Shown: positions 43,146-53,706, counted from the first letter of the stretch. The stretch is DNA of 64,000 nucleotides from an uncultured Planctomycetota bacterium (GCA_963823665.1 CAWGMQ010000007.1:1024001-1088000), one strand, 5' to 3'. Made by a program: numbers and translations. Notes: generated by a model not told the origin, from the sequence alone.

Positions 43146-43832
43146 ATGTTTCTTCGGGAATCGGAAATGGCGGGAAGCGTCGTTGACTGGATGCGGTCCA
43201 CGAACTTAATCGTGAAGCCAGAGTTTGTCACGCCTTGGGGGATCTGCGACTTCGTTGGATTGAGCTTCAATCAATCGCGGGTGGACCAACGGCTGGAACT
43301 ACGACAGACGCGAGCGATCGGCTCGATCACGCGTGCATCTCTTATGCTTATGGTACCCGATGTGGCCACGGGAAAATCGGTTAACTTGACGCAGTTGGTG
43401 CGGGCTTGCTCGTTTTCTGTTTCGGCAGAAGTAGTGGAGCACGAGCTGGAGAGGCTCGTTGCCGATCACTTTGTAGTGTGTCTCCCGCGCGGGCGATTCC
43501 AAAAAGTCAACGGCTGGCTGCCGTTGCAGAAACGTTTGGTCGCTGTCGAATTAAAGCTGCACCGGGTCGATGAAGCACTGCGCCAGGCGATGAGCAACCT
43601 AGGTTTTGCTGATGAGTCTTATGTGGCGCTCCCCAGTGACGTCGCGGATAAGGTCGAGGCGAAAACGCTCCGAAAGTCCCTTTTTTTGAAGGCCGGAGTG
43701 GGTCTCATAAGAGTTTCGACGACGGGGTGCGAGGTGCGTATCTCCGCTCGGAAGCAGAATCCTTGGAAGAACGAAGCGATTCAGTTCCACGCTGTTGAAA
43801 AGTTCTGGCGAACTCGCACTAAAGACAGATGA
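43146..43832 (+). CDS. PD-(D/E)XK restriction-endonuclease-fold protein with inserted winged-helix-like segment
   Basis: FLRESE, EF..PWGICDFV, LVAVELKL, ALRQA...GFADESYVALP, GVGLI; LTQLV...VEHELERLVADHFV lies between the D and E-x-K motifs. Confidence 0.65.
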   Translation: MFLRESEMAGSVVDWMRSTNLIVKPEFVTPWGICDFVGLSFNQSRVDQRLELRQTRAIGSITRASLMLMVPDVATGKSVNLTQLVRACSFSVSAEVVEHELERLVADHFVVCLPRGRFQKVNGWLPLQKRLVAVELKLHRVDEALRQAMSNLGFADESYVALPSDVADKVEAKTLRKSLFLKAGVGLIRVSTTGCEVRISARKQNPWKNEAIQFHAVEKFWRTRTKDR

Positions 43833-45004
43833 GCATTAAGGCCTCAGCAATTACTTCGGGTCTTCTCGCCGTACCCTCATTGTCCAAGTCGGGCAGCGTC
43901 TTGCCAAGCGTGTACGCCGCGGACAAATCTTGAAACAGCGCCATCGACCGTCCTTCTTTAGGCGTGGAGGCCAGGATTTCGAAACCAGCGCTTGTAGAAC
44001 TTGGCCACTTGCTCGCGGGCAGCACCAGCAAGTGTTCCGCGTGTAAAGGCTCTTTGGAGCCCAATGAACTCCGACCGCGCTGGGTGCGACGCGCCGAGTC
44101 TTTCAATCGCAACGGCGAGCCACCTGCCAAGGCTCGGTCCAACGCCAGCGCACCGACGCAATGATGGGAGCGCGATTTTGGCACTTGGTGAGGTTGACAT
44201 TCCTCCGGCCAAATGGAATTGGTAGCCAGCTCCGACGCCGATCGCTGGATAGTCGACCAAGCCCCGTACCCAGAGCACGAGATTAAGAGCCCAGTAGGGT
44301 CCCGCGATCCGCATTTTTGACGAGATGCGAGCGTTCAGCTCTTCATGCAGCGCAAGAATTGCGGGAAAACGCTTGTTTCTTAACGTCGGTGAACCGCTGT
44401 CATCAGATAATTGAGCATCAACCAACCAATACCCGTCTGCACCCGCCAAGTCGTAGCAGCGCTCGGCTTGTTCGACCTTCGGATTTCGAACAGTCTTGCC
44501 ATTGATTTGGCGCTGATGTGTGACTACGAGCGGAAGAATTAAGCGACCAGGGAAGCCGCTTCGGTTCTTCCAGATGCCAGATTCCTCCGCGAGCATCCGG
44601 TTTATCTTGTTGCGGGCCGAGTCGCTCGCGAGCGGAACCTGCGGGACCGTGATCCATGCGGGATGATATTCTACACACGCGTCAAGCAGTTCGGTCACGA
44701 ACGCCGAGACTTCCGACCTGACTGGCCGTTGTTGGTACGCCGGTGTGCCGATGTTCTCAAAGTTGGAAAGGTCAGACATAAAAGTAAACCAGGGATTTTC
44801 TTGCTCGCCCCGAGGGCGCCGCGACTCGAGATTGTCCAATCCGTCGGCACCGGCATCGAGCCAGATCCCTAGGCCGTGCGGAAGTCTTTCGAGGAGAATC
44901 GATGCCCTATCGAGCGGCACACGAACGATCTCCGAGTCGAGATAATGCGCACTCACTAGCTTCGCGCCATCTACACTTGTGACGAAAGGGATGTGATCTG
45001 CCAT
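43819..45004 (-). CDS. Hypothetical protein, predicted TIM-barrel (beta-protein/TGT-like); frameshift near 43985
   Basis: GAGGA RBS just after the FRG stop; alternating beta/alpha pattern (IWLDAG, WITVPQ, LILPLVV, ADGYWLV, RIAGPY, DYPAIG); C-terminus continues as EILASTPKEGRSMALFQDL...LICL* at 43819. Confidence 0.65.
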
Positions 45005-45011
45005 TTCATCC

Positions 45012-45827
45012 TCACAGTCCAGCCGTTCGACGGATGTGGGCACAAACGTGTTCCGGCTCCGGAAATATGAACATTTCGCCGATCCCGACGCGTTCCAATT
45101 CCTGGAGGAGCGGCTGTTTATGCTCGCGAAGGATGGGTACGTAGAGAAGCGAACTCGCCTGACGGTGGTCTAACTCGAAGCGTCGTGAGCCGTGGAGCGT
45201 AAATGCGCCTTGCTGCATCGCTATGCGCTCGGTGTTCCAAGTTGGATTGATCGCTATTGTCCGACTTCCACGAGGGTTGATTCGACCTCCGAGTTTGAAG
45301 TACGGACTGATCAGCTCGCGATCTCTGTGCGGATTAAAGATCCTGGGCAACCGAGGGTCGACCATTTGGTTAAGCTGGATCGGGTTCAAGATCACCACCA
45401 AACCGTCGTTCTCGGGTTCGTCGCAGCACGCAAAAAATAAGGCTACTGCAGCGTTTTGTGTCCAATCCAAGAGCCGGGTCGGAAGGCCGTAATGCTGTGC
45501 GACCTGCATCCAGCCGAGTTCATCGTCGGCCGACGGGGGCCTAACGAGCTTCATCTCGAGGTAGCGCTTCATTTCGGCGACTATGCCAAGCGCACGCTCC
45601 CTTTTGTCGTTCTCGATGTACCGCAGGGCCGATGGTGCCAGCCTGTACTCCAGTGCGGAATGGCCGCGAAACCAAAAGATTTTACTTGCTTCGAGCAGGG
45701 CGTGAAACACCGCGAAAAAGTCGCTCAGAGCGCTGATCTCGTTCTCCAAGTAGATCGGACAATCGATCGGACACTGAGAGAACCGTTTTCTGATCTCAGA
45801 GCGTTTGTTCGCTGTTGTTGCAGGCAT
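45012..45827 (-). CDS. FRG domain-containing protein
   Basis: WFRGH, LAPSALR, AQHYGLPTRLLDWT.N..VALFFA, ERIAMQQGAFTLHG, EL..VGI...IFPEPE. Confidence 0.92.
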   Translation of the reverse strand: MPATTANKRSEIRKRFSQCPIDCPIYLENEISALSDFFAVFHALLEASKIFWFRGHSALEYRLAPSALRYIENDKRERALGIVAEMKRYLEMKLVRPPSADDELGWMQVAQHYGLPTRLLDWTQNAAVALFFACCDEPENDGLVVILNPIQLNQMVDPRLPRIFNPHRDRELISPYFKLGGRINPRGSRTIAINPTWNTERIAMQQGAFTLHGSRRFELDHRQASSLLYVPILREHKQPLLQELERVGIGEMFIFPEPEHVCAHIRRTAGL

Positions 45828-46341
45828 CTCACGTTATATTCCCGTGGCTCGCTGACGCGGGCTGCATTCTGCATCGACGGAAAAATGTCTTTGCATCGTC
45901 GCCGTCGCGCGTGAGTTCCCCGTAGACAATCGCACGCGCTGATCGCATGCGCCTTCACGGACTTTTGGTTCTAGAATGGAAGATGAGGCACCGCCGCCAC
46001 ATTTAGGATTCCGTTGCGGATACTTGGCCAGTAAGGCAGGCTGCTGTCACGTTCTTCGCAACTCGAAGCACTTGTCAAGCGCGGAGACGAGACAGTATTG
46101 CTTTCTGCGACCGTTCGTTCGATCTCGGTTTCGACCGGTACCGCCGGACGGGTCGTGGGTGGCAATCTGCAATTGTGCGATTCATTGGCCCGCTGAGCTA
46201 GATGGAAATGCTTCTGCCACATTAGATTTCTCGCGGACGGTCCCGACCCTAGCTGACGGCGCACCTGGTGACTGCCGTCTCTTAGAAGCCCGCGGCCATC
46301 GACCGATACCATGCAATATGCCGCCCGCGACTGGTTTGAGA

Positions 46342-46539
46342 TCAGTGGTTATCCATGACCGAGAAACCACAGACGGAGACAGTGAAGCCATCCGCAAGTT
46401 CTTCCTGCCGACGCTCGATCCATTCCTTGCGATGACGCGGTTCTTCACCGAGCAGGAAAGCACGCCGGACACATCGAGTGATGCAATGATACCAGCGGGT
46501 AACGGACACGTCGACAAGATGCGCGCGAGCCATCGTCAT
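46342..46539 (-). pseudogene. REP-associated tyrosine transposase (RAYT) N-terminal remnant
   Basis: MTMARAHLVD...WYHCITRCVRRAFLLG...RKEWIE...FSVMDNH then stop, truncated within the HUH motif. Confidence 0.8.
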
Positions 46540-46685
46540 GGGTGGATCTATTAGTTTGGTTGGCAAAAACTTGCCCAGACCACCAGGCGGTGTCAAGATT
46601 GCAATGCATGTCCTCGCCCTCACAAAAACCTGACATTGTACAAGGGCCGAGATCCGGACATTGACAGGCTGGCGGAGGATTGGCC

Positions 46686-49600
46686 ATGTCTACCGAAGAA
46701 GTTATTAGAGTGTTCATTAGCTATAGTCACGACTGTGACGTTTGGGCCAAGGCCGGCAAGGACCCGGATACGCAACGGGACCGTGTCCGCACACTTTGTA
46801 CGCGGCTGCGATCCGGGGGAGTGGACTGTCACATCGACCAGCAGTTCGAGGCGCCGGCGCAGGGCTGGCCGCGCTGGATGGAAGACGAAATCGCCGAAGC
46901 CGACTTCGTCTTGGTCGTCGCAACCAAAACCTATAACAGACGGTTCCGTGGCCACGAGGAACCGGGCCGTGGGCTCGGGGGAACGTGGGAAGGAGGCCTG
47001 ATCACTAAGGAAGTTTACAACAAGGGAGGAAGGAACACGAAGTTCATCCCCATCGTGTTCGACGCACCTGACACCGAACACATCCCGTCGCCGCTCCAGT
47101 CCACTACCTACTACCAGGTGAGCGACGACAAAGGTTTCGAGGCGTTGTATTACCGCCTGACCGACCAACCGGACTACGTCCCGGAACCGCTCGGACAGCT
47201 TCGACGCCGGCCGGAGCGTGAGAACAAGTCGCCCAAGGAGGCAGCAACCAGCACGCCTCCCCAGGACAACCTCCCGGCGCGGAACCTTCTGTTCGCCGGC
47301 CGTAGCAATGTCCTGGATGCGGTCAGCAAGGCTCTCTTAGCCCGCGGCCGCGCCGCCCTGGTGGGGATGCCCGGAATGGGCAAGACGCAAATCGCGCTGG
47401 AGTATGCCCACCGGCACCGAGGAGACTACCGGTTTACACTCTGGCTGAACGCCGACTCCCCGGAGTCGCTCGCTGCCGGCTACCTGGGCTTGGCGCGGGT
47501 GTTGGGTCTGCACGAATGGGACGCGCCCGACCAGGATTCCGCCCTCGAGGCTGTCCGACGGTGGATGCGCAAGGAAGCCGGGTGGCTGCTGGTCATCGAC
47601 AACGCCGACGCCCCTGGGGCGGTCCGTCACTTGCTGCCGCTCGACGGCCTCGGCCACCTGCTGTTAACCACGCGCGACCCGGCAGTCACCCATTGGGCCC
47701 CGCTCGTTGAGGTGAATCGGCTCGCACCCGAGGAGGGAGCGCGGATAATCCTACTCCGAGCGGGCCGGATTTCGGACTGCGCCACGCTCGATCTGGCGCA
47801 CCCCGACGACCTCGACGCCGCCATGACCATCAGTCGGGCGGTCGATGGGCTTCCCTTGGCGCTTGACCAGGCCGGCTCTTACATGGTCGAGGCCCCGGTC
47901 AGCCCCCTCGAATACTGGGAGTTGTATCAAAACGAGGGCGCTGAACTCCGCGACCAGCGTGGCGAGCTCGGCGACCGCGACTCGGTGTCGCGCACCTTCA
48001 CTCTGGCCCTGGCTAGCGTCGAGAGTGTTAACCCGGCCGCCGTCGACATCCTCCGCGTCGGCGCCTTTCTCGGATCGGACTCAATCCCCGAGGAGGTCTT
48101 CCTGGAAGGCGCGACTGAGCTGGGCGACCAGCTCGGCGCGGCCTGCTCCAGAAAATCCTCCTTCCTGAACCTCGTCGGTGCTGCCCACCGCCTCTCGCTC
48201 GTCCGTCGCGACGTCGAGGCACGAACTTTGACAATGCACCGGGTCGTGCAGGACGTGACGCGCGACACAATGGATGCGGAGACGCAACAGCTCTGGGCCG
48301 AACGCACTCTACGGGCAGTAAACCGGGCATTTCCGGGTTGGGAAGGGCAGCGCACTCGCCGGACGCTCTGCGATCGGTTGTCGCCGCACGCTGTGACTTG
48401 CCTCGACGAAGCCGAGCACCGGGGTATCAAAGTGATGGACGTCTACCACCTCCTTCGCGATCTGGGAGTGCACCTGGAGAACCGTTCGCGGTTCGACGAG
48501 GCTGAGTCGCTCTTCCGCCGCGCCTTGGCTGGTTTCGAGGATCTCTGCGGCGCGGACAGCGTCGATGCCGCGAGGATGAATCATCTCGTGGGTCGGATCT
48601 GCCGAGTCGTCGAGCGAAAGGAGGAAGCCGAACAGTACTTCCGCCGCGCGCTGACGATTTTCGATAAAATCTTGGGGCCCGATCACGTCGAAACCGGGAC
48701 CACCCTCAACAGCTTGGGCGTGCTCCTGACGAGCAGCGATCGCCGCCAATCCGAGTCGGAAGGCTTTCTGCTCCGAGCCCAGGCGATCTTCGTAAAATTG
48801 GGCGAGTCCGAGGCTACGCGACATGCCAACAATCTCGGCTGCCTGGCGAATCTTCGATCCCGTCAGGGCCGACGCTCCGAGGCCGAGACACTCCACCATA
48901 AGGCGATCGCCATCATCGAAGCGGCCGAAGGGGTGGAATCGCCCAGCCTCTATTTCCTACTGCTGAATTTATCGCAGGAGATCCGGGATCTGGGCCGGCT
49001 GGACGAAGCCGAACCGCTCCTGGTCCGCGCCCTCAACATCGCAGAAAAATCGTTTGATCCTCATGGCTATCAGGTCGGTGCTGGCAATCAAAAAATTGCT
49101 GAGTTGCGTAAGCGGCAGGGGCGGCAGGATGAGGCCGAGTTACACTACCGTCGCGCCATGGAAATCTTCGAGAACGTTTTTGGTCCAGAAAGCCGCCGGG
49201 TAGCCGATATTCTGGTCCAGGTGGCTTACATCGCCAAGACTCAGGGGCGCCATGCCGACGCGGAACAGCTCTACCGTCGCAATGTCGCAATTCGGCAGAA
49301 GACCGACGGTCCCGCCCACAGCGATACAGCAGACGGGCTGCTTTGCCTTGCCGACTCCCTTTGCGACTTGGGGCGTACTGCCGACGCGATACCGTTCTAC
49401 CGACAATCCCTTGACATCCGCCGGACAATCGGGCTCGATTACTTCTCCGCTTTCTGCCTCAAAAAGTTTGCGATGCTTCTCGACAAGATGCGCCATGACG
49501 ACGAGTCGGAGAGGCTCTTCCGCGAGCTCCTTGAATATCAACTCAAAAGCCTTGGGCTGACTTCCTCCAGTATCGATACATGCAGTAACATTATAATAAT

Positions 49601-49823
49601 ATTGAATAGGAATGGTAAATATGACGAGATTATTTCACTGATCGACCGCTACTTGTCCGAGATTGAACAACGTCGATGCAAGTGGGGAAAGCTCTTTGAC
49701 ACACTCGTCGAACAGACGGCGAGCATTTTGGCCGCGGCCGGCTTTGCACTTAAAGCGACGGCCACGCGGGACCGCGCAAAGCGCTTACGCGAACAGAAGA
49801 TAGCCTCATCGGCCCAAGAATAA
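46686..49823 (+). CDS. SEFIR/TIR - NB-ARC (STAND NTPase) - TPR protein
   Basis: VFISYSHD, CHIDQ, GWPRWM..EI..ADFVLVV, GGTWEG; FAGR, Walker A GMPGMGKT, Walker B WLLVIDN, LLTTR, GLPLAL, MHRVVQ; many ~42-aa TPR repeats. Confidence 0.92.
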   Translation: MSTEEVIRVFISYSHDCDVWAKAGKDPDTQRDRVRTLCTRLRSGGVDCHIDQQFEAPAQGWPRWMEDEIAEADFVLVVATKTYNRRFRGHEEPGRGLGGTWEGGLITKEVYNKGGRNTKFIPIVFDAPDTEHIPSPLQSTTYYQVSDDKGFEALYYRLTDQPDYVPEPLGQLRRRPERENKSPKEAATSTPPQDNLPARNLLFAGRSNVLDAVSKALLARGRAALVGMPGMGKTQIALEYAHRHRGDYRFTLWLNADSPESLAAGYLGLARVLGLHEWDAPDQDSALEAVRRWMRKEAGWLLVIDNADAPGAVRHLLPLDGLGHLLLTTRDPAVTHWAPLVEVNRLAPEEGARIILLRAGRISDCATLDLAHPDDLDAAMTISRAVDGLPLALDQAGSYMVEAPVSPLEYWELYQNEGAELRDQRGELGDRDSVSRTFTLALASVESVNPAAVDILRVGAFLGSDSIPEEVFLEGATELGDQLGAACSRKSSFLNLVGAAHRLSLVRRDVEARTLTMHRVVQDVTRDTMDAETQQLWAERTLRAVNRAFPGWEGQRTRRTLCDRLSPHAVTCLDEAEHRGIKVMDVYHLLRDLGVHLENRSRFDEAESLFRRALAGFEDLCGADSVDAARMNHLVGRICRVVERKEEAEQYFRRALTIFDKILGPDHVETGTTLNSLGVLLTSSDRRQSESEGFLLRAQAIFVKLGESEATRHANNLGCLANLRSRQGRRSEAETLHHKAIAIIEAAEGVESPSLYFLLLNLSQEIRDLGRLDEAEPLLVRALNIAEKSFDPHGYQVGAGNQKIAELRKRQGRQDEAELHYRRAMEIFENVFGPESRRVADILVQVAYIAKTQGRHADAEQLYRRNVAIRQKTDGPAHSDTADGLLCLADSLCDLGRTADAIPFYRQSLDIRRTIGLDYFSAFCLKKFAMLLDKMRHDDESERLFRELLEYQLKSLGLTSSSIDTCSNIIIILNRNGKYDEIISLIDRYLSEIEQRRCKWGKLFDTLVEQTASILAAAGFALKATATRDRAKRLREQKIASSAQE

Positions 49824-50152
49824 TCTGGTCGGCAATTCCATGAATCGCCTCCGGCGCGCCCCGTATCCGCCTCCGCGCGTCGATCACATTATTCCAAATA
49901 ATCGACGATGAAGCGCACTACCATCGATGCCCACCACACGCCCAGCTCAGCCCGTCCAGCGTTCGCCGGAGCATTGTCGTCCAGCGGCATTAGTATCGAC
50001 CACTCAAATCGACACGTGCGTTCGAGCCCCCAATTGGTGCGAGGAAGACGCTAACCCCTGATGCCATGAAGTCGAATCCCTGCCGTTAGCCCGGCTGACT
50101 GCGTCCAGCAAAAACGTGCACACTTCACGAGTCGCGCTCTGCGAACCGCCTG

Positions 50153-50464
50153 CTATCCCCGCCGCCACCTCGACCCAGGTTTTGCACGGCTCGTACGTCC
50201 TCCCGGCTTCGCCGGGATTCCCAAACGCTTTCGCACCTCCGCACTCGAAAGTCCTCCCTCCGACTCCAACCTGACTCGTGACCGCTCCAAGATTGCGCCA
50301 AACTTGGGGTTGATACTGAGCAGCATGCTGGCAGCGTCGTCCTCGTCGGCCGGCACAACCGTTGCAACGACGCGTCCGTGATCAGTGAGCAGCAGAGGTA
50401 GAGAACAACCCGGCTTGACCTATGCGGCCAGCGCCGAGACCTGGGATATTTCAATGGCTTTCAC
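50153..50464 (-). pseudogene. Antitoxin-like (Phd/YefM-like) gene with in-frame TAG
   Basis: AGGAGA RBS, GTG 50464, VKAIEISQVSALAA*VKPG..PLLLTDHGRVVATVVP...SINPKF.AILERSR...GGLSS.EVRKRLG. Confidence 0.6.
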
Positions 50465-50559
50465 AGCTCGATTCTCTCCTTTCCGATCCGCATCTCGTCA
50501 TGGTTCTTGCCGCCCACCGCCGCTACAGTGATCCGAGGCTCCGGCTTTTTCTTCGAATC

Positions 50560-50755
50560 GGCGAAGTGGTCTGGTTGTAAACGCTCCAGGAGGCCCTTTT
50601 CTGCTCAATGAGTTGGAGAACTTAGGACCGGACCTCGTTCTTCCCGAGGCGCTCGGATGACGGCCCGAAGTGCCTCGCGACGAAGCTAAGCGCCACACGT
50701 AGGGGTTAAGTGCCCTCGTCGAGAGATTCTTAAGCTTCAGGTCCTCGATCATTCG
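50560..50755 (-). pseudogene. Tyrosine integrase N-terminal (SAM-like) remnant
   Basis: RMIEDLKLKNLSTR..NPYV resembles the RMIEDL.LRNLS..T...YV start of such integrases; then frameshifted; lower bound approximate. Confidence 0.55.
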
Positions 50756-50774
50756 GTAAGGCCGGTCCGGATAG

Positions 50775-51239
50775 TCAGGAATGCAAATTCGGGTCTTCGA
50801 CCAGCAGTCCTTCGGCTTGGGCAGCCTTGTTGAGATCGACATCGGCAGAGACCAGGACGATTCCACCCAAGCCGATGGCGGTTCCTTGAGCCTTCAAGGT
50901 CAATGCCCCGGCAAGCTGCACGGCATCGTACGCTCGCAGTTCGCGGGCATTGGCCAGCTTGGCAGCGTCGGCCAGAAGGGCAGGCGTTACTTCGACCACG
51001 GTATATCGCCCGGCCAGATGCTTGCGAAACCGCGAGAGAAGCGAAGACGCCCGGGGAGGAAGCAGCGTGCCGCCTTTCCGCCGTCGAGCGATTGCAGCCG
51101 TTACCTCGACTACGGTGATACGGGAGAGATAAATATGATTAGAGGAATCCTGTCGGGTGAGACGGCGAACCCAGGCAGTTCCCATTTCCTGTACGTATCG
51201 CTTGACGAGGGCACTGCTGTCGAAGAAGTAAACCGCCAC
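50775..51239 (-). CDS. PIN-domain (VapC-like) toxin
   Basis: YFFDSSALVKRY, SRITVVE, LRAYDAVQLA, VSAD.DL..AA..EGL. Confidence 0.9.
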   Translation of the reverse strand: MAVYFFDSSALVKRYVQEMGTAWVRRLTRQDSSNHIYLSRITVVEVTAAIARRRKGGTLLPPRASSLLSRFRKHLAGRYTVVEVTPALLADAAKLANARELRAYDAVQLAGALTLKAQGTAIGLGGIVLVSADVDLNKAAQAEGLLVEDPNLHS

Positions 51240-51240
51240 G

Positions 51241-51582
51241 TCAGCGACGCTCGCGCATAATTGTTTCCGAGAGTGGCTCGCCTACGATTTCGATGGGTTG
51301 ATCATTGGGATCGTCGTCGTCAATGTCCTGTGCCGGATCGGGGAGCTGGGTGACAAGGCCGGCGGCGATCAGACGTTGATTGAGCGCATCGATGAGCGAC
51401 TCTTCCTCGGAAGATTCGGTAGCAGCTTCTGCGTTCTGAGGAGCCATTTCGGTTTCTCTGGGCATTTCCTGCTTGAGTCGGCTCAAGGCGTCGCGGATCA
51501 CGTCGTCCTGGGACGCGTAGCGGCCGGTCAGCACGGCATTGTGCACAAATTGCTCGAGTTCTTTCGATAAATGTATCGGCAT
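51241..51582 (-). CDS. Ribbon-helix-helix (ParD/CopG-like) antitoxin
   Basis: IHLSKELEQFV..V..GRYAS.DDVIRDAL; C-terminal GEPLSETIM.ERR; stop 1 nt before the PIN start. Confidence 0.82.
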   Translation of the reverse strand: MPIHLSKELEQFVHNAVLTGRYASQDDVIRDALSRLKQEMPRETEMAPQNAEAATESSEEESLIDALNQRLIAAGLVTQLPDPAQDIDDDDPNDQPIEIVGEPLSETIMRERR

Positions 51583-51793
51583 ATAGGCTGTCTCCAGTAA
51601 ATCTCAGCTTAACACAGTCGACGTCCGGTGCCAACAACGGAATTTTGCTCCAGGTTCCCCTCAAGGGTCGCTGTTAGCCGCTGGAAACGCCTCCTCTCCC
51701 AGTGGTCGGCCGGTTTGTTCGTACGATCGAAGCAACTTTGTGTCCTGCACTCGAGTCACTCTCGCCAGTTTGAAGAAACAGGGACAGATCCGT

Positions 51794-52070
51794 TCATGGC
51801 AATCTAGACAACCAGTCTAATCTTCTCGCGCCACGCTCCGATCGTTTCCCACCTTCCGCGGCCGCCCCGGCGGACGATACGCGGATTCGAGCCCAAGGCG
51901 CCTCGCGAAGTCCTTCCGCCGATCGGGTCGGACGTACGGGCGCCCTCGCTGTACGCACGGCGAACCGCTTCCAATGCCCGCCCCTCGTCGCCCTGATTGA
52001 CTTGCCCGAACCAATTTGGTCGCACTTCAACGGGCCAAGCTGCCAAGCGATTGCATGGATCCGCGTCGGC
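51794..52070 (-). pseudogene. RAYT-type transposase C-terminal remnant, copy 1
   Basis: AAWPV...NW...VNQ...LEAVRR and VQRGRPY...ARRLGLESAYRPPGRPRK across frames. Confidence 0.65.
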
Positions 52071-52134
52071 GACACATCGTGTGCTTCTTTGGGTCGGGAG
52101 AACGGATCGCTCCGTCGGATGCCCTTCTCATGTC

Positions 52135-52330
52135 TCATGAATGTGTCATTGGATCGTCCACAGTCAGTCCTTCGGCTGTGGCGGCTATATTCAGGTCACG
52201 GTCAGATGAAACCAGTGTCACCGGCCCGAGCCCGGCAGCCTCCTGGAGCCGGTGGACATCAAGAGCAACCGCCAGTTGGACGGCATCATAGGCTCTGAGT
52301 TTCTGCTTGCGGGCGGTCAACATCGCCGCC
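52135..52330 (-). pseudogene. PIN/VapC C-terminal remnant
   Basis: KLRAYDAVQLAVAL...LVSSDRDLNIAATAEGLTVDDP, paralogous to 50775-51239; N-half missing. Confidence 0.75.
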
Positions 52331-52564
52331 GCAAGAATCCGCCATTCAGCGGCGCTCACGGATGACAGTCTCGGAAAGCGCCAACCTATCCGTTAATGCT
52401 TGTTTGGCAAAGAGTTCGATTCACCCCCGGCGGAGCCCGAGTCTCTGTTGAGCGTCTGCGGCCTAGTGCACACCGATGCGAAATCGGGTAAATAGGATGC
52501 ACCACAGCGTTCACTCGAGCGCCGTCACGGGCGCTCGCCAAAAGAAGCAACGGCGAGGGATTTT

Positions 52565-53659
52565 ATGTTCAAACCTCTGATGACGTTTTTGATCACGGTT
52601 CTCGCAAGCTCCAGCGTGTCGGCCCAGCCGCAGGCGCGAAAGTTCGATGACCCGGGTGCCCCGCCATTCAAGGTGTTGAAAGAGGGCGAGAACCCTCCGC
52701 TCGACGCCTACGACAACTTCGTCATCGGGCCGAACTACGTGCCCGCGCCGGAACGCAAGAAGGTCGAGAGCGTTCCTGAAGGGAAGCTGGAGCAGTTCGT
52801 CATCGACTCGAAGGAGACCAAGCTCTTCAATCCCGGCATCGCCCGCAACGAGTTCGGGAAGGTGGACCCGAACAATCCGAAGACGCTGATCGTCGAGACC
52901 CACCCCATCGACTACAAGCGGAGGGTCGGCGTCTACATCCCCGCCCAGTACAAGGCAGGGGCCGACGCACCGTTCATGGTGGTCCACGACGGACCCGGCC
53001 AGGCCAGCGGCTATAAGACGATTCTCGACAACCTGATTCACCAGAAGCGGATTCCGCCGATTGTCCTCATTTCCATCGGCAATGGCGGTGGCGATGCCCA
53101 GGGGCACGAGCGCGGCAAAGAGTACGACAACATGAACGGCGACTACGCCGAATACATCGAGACCGAGGTGCTGCCGCGAGTGGAAAAGAACTGCGGGGTC
53201 AAGCTGACGAAAGACCCAGACGGTCGCGCGGCGATGGGGAACAGCTCCGGCGGCTCGGCGGCGCTCATCATGGCCTGGTTCCGCGACGACCTGTACCACC
53301 GCGTGCTCACGACTTCGGGCACCTTCGTGAACCAGGCGTGGCCGTTCAATCCGAAATACCCGGACGGGGCCTGGGGCTTCCACGAGACGCTCATCCCCAA
53401 CAGCCCCAAGAAGCCCATTCGACTGTTCATCTCCGTTGGCGACGCAGACCTGAAGAACCCCAACGTGATGCGGGACGGGATGCACGACTGGGTTGAGGCC
53501 AACCACCGTATGGCCAAGGTGCTCAAGGCCAAGGGGTATGAGTATCAGTACCTGTTCTGCCGCGGGGCCCGGCACAGCGTCGGCAACGCCCAGCAGCAGT
53601 TCCTCCCGCACGCCATTGAGTGGGTGTGGAAAGGGTATTCCCCAAAGACGGACAAATAG
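52565..53659 (+). CDS. Secreted alpha/beta-hydrolase esterase (enterochelin esterase-like)
   Basis: GAGGG RBS, signal peptide, VYIPAQY, VVHDG, R..EYD, GNSSGG nucleophile elbow, terminal His (GARH). Confidence 0.9.
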   Translation: MFKPLMTFLITVLASSSVSAQPQARKFDDPGAPPFKVLKEGENPPLDAYDNFVIGPNYVPAPERKKVESVPEGKLEQFVIDSKETKLFNPGIARNEFGKVDPNNPKTLIVETHPIDYKRRVGVYIPAQYKAGADAPFMVVHDGPGQASGYKTILDNLIHQKRIPPIVLISIGNGGGDAQGHERGKEYDNMNGDYAEYIETEVLPRVEKNCGVKLTKDPDGRAAMGNSSGGSAALIMAWFRDDLYHRVLTTSGTFVNQAWPFNPKYPDGAWGFHETLIPNSPKKPIRLFISVGDADLKNPNVMRDGMHDWVEANHRMAKVLKAKGYEYQYLFCRGARHSVGNAQQQFLPHAIEWVWKGYSPKTDK

Positions 53660-53706
53660 GCGTAGGAGCCGGACACCTAACCTGAGAGAAACGGGGACAG
53701 GTCCGT

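Noticed and set aside
50420..50422. In-frame TAG as pyrrolysine or readthrough
   Set aside because: No pyl genes in the window and the neighbourhood is full of decayed genes; a nonsense mutation is simpler.
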